Virus record (IMG/VR): IMGVR_UViG_3300020477_000021
Direction: 5' to 3' (one strand)
DNA from: an uncultured virus (IMG/VR IMGVR_UViG_3300020477_000021)
Lineage: Duplodnaviria; Heunggongvirae; Uroviricota; Caudoviricetes
Length of the DNA: 64,000 nt
Shown here: one piece after another, positions 57,297 to 64,000 of the stretch
How positions within the stretch are numbered: the first letter of the stretch is position 1
How the letters are laid out: every line of letters starts with the position of its first letter
Notes under the pieces: model-generated
Told to the model about the DNA's origin: nothing
What the model saw: only the letters and a program-made list of their open reading frames with translations
Database searches by the model: none
Program-made: the position numbers and the translations under genes

Positions 57297-58523
57297 ATGG
57301 ATAACTTTAAGACTTTTATATCAGAAGCTAAGAATACCCATATGGAACATCTTGAGGATGAAATTCTCAATAATGGGGTTACTGGTATAAAGACCATCAT
57401 ACAATTTTTGGTTTCACTTGGAAAATCTCTATCTGGACCTGGAATTTCAACTAAAGAAATGACAGTAAAGTGGGATGGAAAACCAGCAATTTTTGCAGGG
57501 AATGATCCTAAAACTGGAAAGTTTTTTGTTGGGACAAAATCCATTTTCAATAAGAATCCAAAATTGAATTTTACGAAAACAGATATACAAAATAATCATG
57601 GTCATGCGGCAGGACTTGCAGAGAAATTAGAGATTGCATTAACGTATTTATCAAAAGTTGGAATTCCTAAAGGTGAAGTCTGGCAGGGTGATATTATGTT
57701 TAGTAGTTCAGATAAATCTACGGAAAAAATTAATGATAAAACTTTTTTGACATTTCAACCAAACACAATAAAATATGCAGTTCAGGCTGGTAGTGATTTA
57801 TATAATAGAATTAATAAAGCGAAGTTTGGAGTTGTTTGGCATACTAAATATACGGGGTCAGATTTAGAAGATATGTCAGCTTCATATGGAGTTGATGTTT
57901 CTAAATTGAACCGTGTAAGAGATGTATGGTTTGATGATGCGAATTATCGAGATGTTACAGGAATGGCAACATTCTCTAAGACTGAAAGTAAGACATATAA
58001 TACCATTGTAAAAAATGTTATGTCTCTGCAAAAGAAAGTCGATAAGAGGTTTCTTAGGACCTTACTAAATACCAAAAAGAGCATCGGGGTATTATATAAG
58101 TCTTATGTCAACAGTCGAATAAAGAGTGGTCAGGAAGTAGTAGCATCGCCTGTTTCTTATTATGAAGGTTTTTATTCATATGTCGGTGAATACTGGCAAA
58201 AGAAAATTGATGGAGTAAAAACCGATAAAGCTAAGAAACAAAAACGCATCATTAAAGACGAGGCTTTAGATTGGATAGAAGGTAGTAAAACCAAAATAAA
58301 GAGTCTCGCGAAGTTTTATATTGAAGTAATAAAAGCAAAATTATTATTGCTTAGTGTACTAGACCGTGCATCAAATATAAAACATTTCCAGGATATAGGA
58401 AATGGATTTGAAATAACAGGGCCTGAGGGATTTGTTGCAATACAAGGTGCTAAAGCAGTCAAGTTAGTTGATCGAATGGTATTTAGTAAGGCAAATTTTC
58501 TTTTTGGGAAGTCTGCAAAATGA
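57297..58523 (+). CDS. T4-like hypothetical protein with ligase-like KxDG motif
   Basis: NTHMEHLED, TVKWDG.PAIF, QGDIMF, EGFVA, VKLVDR..FS. Confidence 0.7.
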   Translation: MDNFKTFISEAKNTHMEHLEDEILNNGVTGIKTIIQFLVSLGKSLSGPGISTKEMTVKWDGKPAIFAGNDPKTGKFFVGTKSIFNKNPKLNFTKTDIQNNHGHAAGLAEKLEIALTYLSKVGIPKGEVWQGDIMFSSSDKSTEKINDKTFLTFQPNTIKYAVQAGSDLYNRINKAKFGVVWHTKYTGSDLEDMSASYGVDVSKLNRVRDVWFDDANYRDVTGMATFSKTESKTYNTIVKNVMSLQKKVDKRFLRTLLNTKKSIGVLYKSYVNSRIKSGQEVVASPVSYYEGFYSYVGEYWQKKIDGVKTDKAKKQKRIIKDEALDWIEGSKTKIKSLAKFYIEVIKAKLLLLSVLDRASNIKHFQDIGNGFEITGPEGFVAIQGAKAVKLVDRMVFSKANFLFGKSAK

Positions 58524-59194
58524 AATTATTAAGTTTCACAGATAAGTTTTACGAGGCAAAAACAAAGACAATTACTTTTACTTTTGGTCGGTTTCAACCA
58601 CCTACAATAGGTCACGAAAAGTTATTTGATAAAGTAAAAAAAGTTGCTGGACGTAATCCATTTCGGATTTATTCTTCTCATTCGGAAGATAAGAAAAATC
58701 CATTGGATTATAAAACGAAAATACGAATGCTTCGCAAGATGTTTCCGAAATATAAACGAAACATTATGGGTGGAGCTGCAAGAACAGCATTAGAAGTTGC
58801 AAGTAATTTATATGACGAGGGATTTACTCATTTGCAATTTGTTGTAGGTAGTGACCGTGTTGATAATTTTACTACATTATTAAATAAATATAATGGAAAG
58901 AAAACTACTAGTGGGTATTATAATTTTCAAGATATAAAAGTAGTTAGTGCAGGTGAACGAGACCCAGATGCCGAGGGAGTATCTGGAATGTCTGCATCCA
59001 AAATGAGAGCGGCAGCTAGTGCAGGAGATTTTGAAGCATTCAAGTCAGGACTTCCATCCGGTTTTCGTGATGCAAAAAAGTTATATGATATACTAAGAAA
59101 CAAGATGGGTATTAAAGAAATGCTCTCTTTCAAGGATTGGAGTAACTATGAAAACGATTATCTTAACGATTATATTATGTTTATTTACGGTTAA
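58520..59194 (+). CDS. Cytidylyltransferase-like (HIGH-fold nucleotidyltransferase)
   Basis: FGRFQPPTIGHEKL, VGSDR, SAG.RDPD, MSASKMR. Confidence 0.85.
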   Translation: MKLLSFTDKFYEAKTKTITFTFGRFQPPTIGHEKLFDKVKKVAGRNPFRIYSSHSEDKKNPLDYKTKIRMLRKMFPKYKRNIMGGAARTALEVASNLYDEGFTHLQFVVGSDRVDNFTTLLNKYNGKKTTSGYYNFQDIKVVSAGERDPDAEGVSGMSASKMRAAASAGDFEAFKSGLPSGFRDAKKLYDILRNKMGIKEMLSFKDWSNYENDYLNDYIMFIYG

Positions 59195-59597
59195 CGTAGA
59201 AGCTGCACAAAGAGTATTATTGTTTTATAGTTCTCATTGTAAATATTGTCAAAACTGGGATAAAGAAATTGGTGTAGAAAATTATTCAAAAACAGATATT
59301 GGTCAAGCATTGCCTATTCAAATTATTGATGAAAAGGATGGTAGAATTGAGTGGATAGTGGAGGCAATTCAAAGTGGTAGAATGGATTATATTAGGGGTA
59401 CCCCTACTTTTGTTGTTTGGGATGATACATTGGAGATGGAATTGACTAGATTAGTTGGTTATCGTTCAAAAGAAAATTTTTATGAAAATCTAGGACTTAT
59501 TTTAAAGAATATTATTAATAGTCCTCAACTTCATCAACAACCAGAAAAGGAGTCATCTGTATCCGGTTACATGGAAAAAATGATGGTAGTGGAGTAA
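59148..59597 (+). CDS. Exported thioredoxin-fold protein (SoxS-like)
   Basis: Signal peptide, CKYC, W..EIG...Y.KT..G...P, GTPTFV, RLVGY. Confidence 0.7.
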   Translation: MKTIILTIILCLFTVNVEAAQRVLLFYSSHCKYCQNWDKEIGVENYSKTDIGQALPIQIIDEKDGRIEWIVEAIQSGRMDYIRGTPTFVVWDDTLEMELTRLVGYRSKENFYENLGLILKNIINSPQLHQQPEKESSVSGYMEKMMVVE

Positions 59598-59598
59598 T

Positions 59599-59958
59599 AT
59601 GGATGCCGGGTTCGATGAATTAATTTTTATGGAAGAAGAATTTTCAGACGAAGAAGAACATCCAGAAGAAGAAAAACCAGAAGAAACAAATCCAGAGGAT
59701 CATCAAGCTTTTGAAGAAATTTTTGGTGATGCTGTTGGTGATGAAGTTATTAGTGGCAATGAACCAATTAATTGGCGACGTGAATATTGGTATCAACGAA
59801 AACGAGCTACTGTGTATCAATGTGCGTATGATGCTTTGTTAAACAGTTTTAGTGTTCAACAAGATATTATTAATCAAATGAGAGAAGAAGCTTGGAAAGA
59901 TAAAGAAAAGATTGCTGGATTTGAACAAGCAAAGGTTACTCAAAATGTTTCAAATTAA
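59599..59958 (+). CDS. Acidic hypothetical protein
   Basis: GGAG RBS. Confidence 0.65.
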   Translation: MDAGFDELIFMEEEFSDEEEHPEEEKPEETNPEDHQAFEEIFGDAVGDEVISGNEPINWRREYWYQRKRATVYQCAYDALLNSFSVQQDIINQMREEAWKDKEKIAGFEQAKVTQNVSN

Positions 59959-59962
59959 TTAT

Positions 59963-59970
59963 TATAAATA
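59963..59970 (+). promoter_or_regulatory. Late promoter TATAAATA
   Basis: Exact consensus, intergenic. Confidence 0.75.
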
Positions 59971-59986
59971 ATAGAGAGGAATAATT

Positions 59987-60298
59987 ATGAGTTTAAAATC
60001 TGGAGTGATTAGGGGATTTGTAAAACCTAGTGGATATATTTATGCAAGTGATGACCAACATTATTATTTTAATGTAGACCAAGTAAAGGGAGCTATTGAA
60101 AACCATCAAACCGTAAAATTTTCAATAAATAATGAAGGTCATTGCGAAACTGTTTATGGACATGGTGCAGATATTCCTAAAGATACAAAACCAAAAAAAG
60201 AAGTAAAACATAAAGTTATGCGAGATGGTGTTGTTGAACCAGAGTTTTTAACTGAAGATACACACCAAGAAGCTGAACAATCGTCTAAGGAGGACTAA
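59987..60298 (+). CDS. Hypothetical protein with cold-shock/OB-like N-terminus
   Basis: G.I..F....GYI......YYF......G.....V.F. Confidence 0.5.
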   Translation: MSLKSGVIRGFVKPSGYIYASDDQHYYFNVDQVKGAIENHQTVKFSINNEGHCETVYGHGADIPKDTKPKKEVKHKVMRDGVVEPEFLTEDTHQEAEQSSKED

Positions 60299-60301
60299 CA
60301 A

Positions 60302-60892
60302 ATGGGTTCATGGGGAACGACACACGATTCAGTAGATAATAAGCCTAAATTTTTAACGGATGACGAAAAAGTGGATTGTTATGCAGATAATAGTGGTTGG
60401 ACAGTAGCGGCTGGTGGAACAGATGATGCAAGTGCTGACCGAGAAGTATTGGTCGCTATTCGTGGTCTTGCTGGTACAAGTGCAACAACTGGTTTGAGAA
60501 CGGCAACAGTTACAAGTATGAGATTTATTAAAGGAACAACCGCAAATACTGACTTAACTGCTAATGATGCAAATGCAGAAGTTCAAGTTGAAATTAGTTG
60601 GGATGAAGCTGTAACAGTTACGGGTTCACCTCAAGTTGTAATTGCTAATGGTAATCAAAGTGGGGGTGGATATGGTAATCTTACTCTAACTTATACTGCA
60701 ACTGGTTCAACTGCAAATAGCAAACGATTTATTAAAACAAGTGCTGGTATTGGTAATACAGATGTTTTAACATTGGGTGGAACAAATATTGCTCTTAATA
60801 GTGGAACACTCAAAGATACTGCTTCTGGCACGGTAAATTCATCTGTAGCTTTAAATGGTATTTCGGCGGTAGTTGTAACAGTAGGAAGTTAA
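60302..60892 (+). CDS. Probable virion structural protein
   Basis: Thr/Gly/Ala-rich; EVLVAI; W.EAV.VTGSP Ig-like pattern; late-promoter context. Confidence 0.6.
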   Translation: MGSWGTTHDSVDNKPKFLTDDEKVDCYADNSGWTVAAGGTDDASADREVLVAIRGLAGTSATTGLRTATVTSMRFIKGTTANTDLTANDANAEVQVEISWDEAVTVTGSPQVVIANGNQSGGGYGNLTLTYTATGSTANSKRFIKTSAGIGNTDVLTLGGTNIALNSGTLKDTASGTVNSSVALNGISAVVVTVGS

Positions 60893-60922
60893 GACTAAAA
60901 ATATTTAACATAGGAGTAATCA

Positions 60923-61360
60923 ATGCAAGAGGAAGCAGATACTCTTGTCTCTATGATTAATTCGTTAGGTATTGAAGTTGTTCTGGTTTTACTACTCTTA
61001 GTTTCTGGAGGATGGGCCGTTAAGTTTTTACTTGGCAAATCCATTGATCTTGCAAATGGTTTTTTAAAACAAATTGAAAAAAATATGGAAGAACTTACCG
61101 TTGAGTTGAAAGATGTCGATAAGCGATTGGTTGATGTCATTAATAGACGAAGACACGCTGACAACGAATCGTGGACAAGAGTAGAAAAGAACGTAGATAA
61201 AAAATTAAACGAGCAACAAGCAATTATTATTAAGTTAGTGGATCGAATCCGAATGTTGCAGGAAGATATGATAAGGTTCGATACTATGTTCAGAGTTAAA
61301 AGTGACTTAGAAATTGACTATGACCGTTTAGGTAAAAGTGATAGGAAAGATAAAAACTGA
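60923..61360 (+). CDS. Membrane protein with coiled coil
   Basis: One TM helix, then a heptad-rich region. Confidence 0.6.
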   Translation: MQEEADTLVSMINSLGIEVVLVLLLLVSGGWAVKFLLGKSIDLANGFLKQIEKNMEELTVELKDVDKRLVDVINRRRHADNESWTRVEKNVDKKLNEQQAIIIKLVDRIRMLQEDMIRFDTMFRVKSDLEIDYDRLGKSDRKDKN

Positions 61361-61362
61361 GG

Positions 61363-61447
61363 TAAGCAAAACTCCTATCTTGATTCAAGATTCCGAGTCC
61401 CGGAGAAGTTTTGTTTATCGTATGGTTGTGGTTGAGTCCCAATCATA
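61363..61447 (+). ncRNA. Candidate structured leader RNA with two AGUCC-loop hairpins
   Basis: 11-bp closing stem with two inner hairpins, then a second AGUCC hairpin. Confidence 0.4.
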
Positions 61448-61478
61448 TCCAATAATTTTTAAATAAAGGTATAAACTA

Positions 61479-62159
61479 ATGGCTGATAAAAAGATTACCG
61501 CATTAACCGCAGCGACATCCGCTGCGTCTGAAGATTTAATTCATGTTATTGATGATCCCTCTGGAAGTCCTGTCAATAAAAAACTTACTGTAAAGAATTT
61601 TGTTGGTGGAATTGCTCATACAACTACGGGTTCTGCAGCTGATACATTGTTGGCAGCAGTTCTTACTTGTGGTGATGGTCAAACCAATACGAATACTTTG
61701 ACTGCTGTAAGTGGTCGAGCTGTTGCTAATGATGCAACGTCTGCGACTGCTGTTAAAGATATTTACGGTGGATATTTTGAAAGTTCACTTCAATCTACGA
61801 ATAATACTGTAACGGGTAGAAACGCAGCTATTCGTGCTGTATGTGATATTTCTGATGGTGTTGCTACACTAGGCACAACTAATGTTATGTCTCTTTCTTT
61901 CAAAGAAGCTGGAACGGCACGAGGTGCAGCTCCTAATTCTTATATTGAAATTATGGAAGAAGCAACATCTGGTGCAAATCCAGCAACTTATCTGATGGAT
62001 ATTTTTCCGACAGATGGTAATGGAAATCTTACATTCCAAACCGGTGCTGACCTTGGTTTCTATGATGATGGTGGAGACAAAGCAACTGCTGGTGCGAAAG
62101 ATGGTACGTTGAAAATTCGTGTAAACGGAGAAACTAAATATATTCAATTATGGAACTAA
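61479..62159 (+). CDS. Probable virion structural/fibre protein
   Basis: MADKKITAL...D...NKK N-terminus; C-terminal LKIRVNG.TKYIQLW. Confidence 0.6.
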   Translation: MADKKITALTAATSAASEDLIHVIDDPSGSPVNKKLTVKNFVGGIAHTTTGSAADTLLAAVLTCGDGQTNTNTLTAVSGRAVANDATSATAVKDIYGGYFESSLQSTNNTVTGRNAAIRAVCDISDGVATLGTTNVMSLSFKEAGTARGAAPNSYIEIMEEATSGANPATYLMDIFPTDGNGNLTFQTGADLGFYDDGGDKATAGAKDGTLKIRVNGETKYIQLWN

Positions 62160-62176
62160 TTTAAGGAGACTTTGTT

Positions 62177-62404
62177 ATGAGCTTTACAGTCGAGGATATT
62201 CAAAAACATCAACAAGAATTAGAAACCCATTTGCAAGAATTGGTAGAGACTATGGAAAAGCAAAAAGAAAAGATTAATGCTCTTCATGGCGCCATAACAA
62301 CTTGTAAGTATTTTTCTAAATTGGTTGGTTCTGGTGGAGTTCATTCCTCCACCGGAACTAGTCCAGTTTATGAAAACCAGAAAGAAATACCTTTTGGTGA
62401 CTGA
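62177..62404 (+). CDS. Small coiled-coil hypothetical protein
   Basis: AAGGAG RBS; ALHGAI..C. Confidence 0.65.
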   Translation: MSFTVEDIQKHQQELETHLQELVETMEKQKEKINALHGAITTCKYFSKLVGSGGVHSSTGTSPVYENQKEIPFGD

Positions 62405-62484
62405 GATGATAAGAAAAGTAGAACGGACACATTTTATTGTTAAAGATAGATGGATATTATTAAATAGATTGCGAAAGAAGATAA

Positions 62485-62742
62485 ATGAGGATAACCGAAA
62501 AAAATCAAGAGATGATAAGCAAAGCTTGGGCAGTTATGTCTGGATTTGCGGAGAAGGTCGGTGACGTAGTAGAAGGAACTGTTATCTCTGTTTCGTCTGA
62601 AGAAAAACATAAACGTCTATCAATTTGTCAAGAGTGTGATAGTTTTAAACTAACGACAAAACAATGTAATGAATGTGGATGTTTTATGGAAGTTAAAGCA
62701 TCGCTTAAGGCGATGGTGTGTCCTCTTAAAAAATGGATATAA
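62485..62742 (+). CDS. Cys-rich metal-binding protein
   Basis: R..ICQEC...CNECGCFM..K......CPL.KW. Confidence 0.7.
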   Translation: MRITEKNQEMISKAWAVMSGFAEKVGDVVEGTVISVSSEEKHKRLSICQECDSFKLTTKQCNECGCFMEVKASLKAMVCPLKKWI

Positions 62743-62757
62743 TTTTTAGGAGGAAAT

Positions 62758-63300
62758 ATGAAAAAAATAATCCTAGGTATATGGATTACACTAACAGCAA
62801 TTACAAATTTAGCAGATCCGAGTTATGGATTTGATTCTAAAAAGAAATATTATTTTCATGGAAATGAATTAGATTTTTCACAGCCACCATGTGAATTTTC
62901 TAAAATATTAGAACCAGACCCAAGATACCCAATTAAGATTGTAGCTTGGATTCCAGAAGAGGTTCCACGAAATATTTCATTTTATGTAGATTTTGATGGT
63001 GATAAAAAAGCTGATATTATTTTTGCACTACCATTAATTCAAGTTTTAGATTATCAATTTTGCAATGAGATAGAAGTAAAACAAGATTTATTGAAATGTA
63101 AAATATTTCAAATTTATCCAGATTTGATTAAAGTGGTAGCATATCCAACTCCAAAAGTTTATGTAATATTAAAAGAATGGGTATTATATAGATATGTAAT
63201 AGATGGAAAAGTTGGACCGTGGTTATCTGGATTGAGGTCTACAAATATAAATTGGTTTGAAGAACATCTTAATAATTTACAGGAGTGGGGTGGCCCATAA
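62758..63300 (+). CDS. Hypothetical exported protein
   Basis: AGGAGG RBS; signal-like N-terminus; DFDGDKKAD Ca-binding-like motif. Confidence 0.6.
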   Translation: MKKIILGIWITLTAITNLADPSYGFDSKKKYYFHGNELDFSQPPCEFSKILEPDPRYPIKIVAWIPEEVPRNISFYVDFDGDKKADIIFALPLIQVLDYQFCNEIEVKQDLLKCKIFQIYPDLIKVVAYPTPKVYVILKEWVLYRYVIDGKVGPWLSGLRSTNINWFEEHLNNLQEWGGP

Positions 63301-63307
63301 ATATTAT

Positions 63308-63724
63308 ATGATGAAGTTTGACCGAATAGATAATAAAAATATTATTTTATATGCACAAACATATTATGATAATGAATTTTGTATAGATATTCAAGAGTTT
63401 TATAATGATTTAAAAAAGATAAAATATATAAAAAAGTTATTGAAGAAATATGTAGAAAAAGGAAAACTTTCTGAACGTCTTATTTTAAATCATTTAATTT
63501 CATTTTATAATGTATTTGAAACAACCGCAGCTACAAGAATGTTGTTTTATAAAATTGAGCAAGTGTATCATCCAGCGTTAAAAACTTTTTTAGTTTTTTT
63601 GAATCGTATGCCTGATCGAATTAATGGTCTTGAATGTGAAGATTTAAATACTAATTTAATTCCATTAGATCAAGATATTATTGAAGTATTAAGAAAAATT
63701 ACAAGGAAAAGTGTAGAGGAATAA
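63308..63724 (+). CDS. T4-like hypothetical protein
   Basis: YDN..C....EF..DL....YIKKL, ERLILNHLI..YNVF, LKTFL.FL. Confidence 0.75.
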   Translation: MMKFDRIDNKNIILYAQTYYDNEFCIDIQEFYNDLKKIKYIKKLLKKYVEKGKLSERLILNHLISFYNVFETTAATRMLFYKIEQVYHPALKTFLVFLNRMPDRINGLECEDLNTNLIPLDQDIIEVLRKITRKSVEE

Positions 63725-63728
63725 TAAG

Positions 63729-64000
63729 ATGTCATTAGTAAATACGTTTATAGCATATCAGTTTGTTAAAATTCTAACGACAAAGTGGGAAGATATGCCT
63801 GCTTTTGAGCATGGTATTATTGATGAAAAAGGCAAATTACTGAAAAAATATAATACCCTCAAGACACAAAAAGAAAAAAATAGCTATACTATTTTCCATA
63901 GAGTTATATGGAATTTAAAAAGAATTTTGGAAAAATTACCTTTTGGTAGGACGCGACTGGCATCTTATGCTGCTGGATTATTCTTAATTAAAGAAAAAGT
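63729..64000 (+). CDS. T4-like hypothetical protein, 3'-truncated by the window edge
   Basis: Open frame MSLVNTFIAYQFVKILTT...GIIDEKG...YTIFHR...NLKR...LASYAAGL. Confidence 0.7.
   Translation, partial: MSLVNTFIAYQFVKILTTKWEDMPAFEHGIIDEKGKLLKKYNTLKTQKEKNSYTIFHRVIWNLKRILEKLPFGRTRLASYAAGLFLIKEK

Overview
A 64-kb AT-rich segment of a large T4-like myovirus genome (marine/environmental type). Essentially all genes lie on the + strand. In order it holds: a tail-fibre-like gene cut by the left edge; the virion module (gp13-gp23, gp3); uvsY/uvsW, dUTPase, late sigma gp55, gp47/46/45; a ~15 kb accessory block between gp45 and gp44; gp44/gp62/regA/gp43; an aldehyde dehydrogenase + two ferredoxins + hsp20 block; uvsX, gp41, DNA ligase, purS, tRNA-Thr; and late hypothetical/structural genes. 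The strongest candidate for a new system is a DNA-hypermodification island (24341-31840): queE, a phosphoribosyltransferase, queD, folE, queC and a TGT/DpdA-like transglycosylase, then a nuclease-like gene, a ParB-like gene, and a non-canonical tRNA-Gly (anticodon ACC, compensatory A19:U56, A-U rich T stem) 16 nt upstream of a Mom-family adenine-modifying enzyme. That enzyme ends in the same tetrapeptide (VLPI) as the phage DNA polymerase. My inference is a dedicated glycyl-donor tRNA feeding a clamp-tethered adenine modifier, alongside 7-deazaguanine modification. Also notable: a 25-bp palindromic box 16-17 nt upstream of four sigma70 promoters, a phosphate-uptake cassette, a stand-alone cNMP-binding protein, a dUTPase with a signal-peptide-like N-terminus, and a structured RNA candidate with tandem AGUCC loops. 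All protein calls come from motifs and synteny read by eye; no searches were run.
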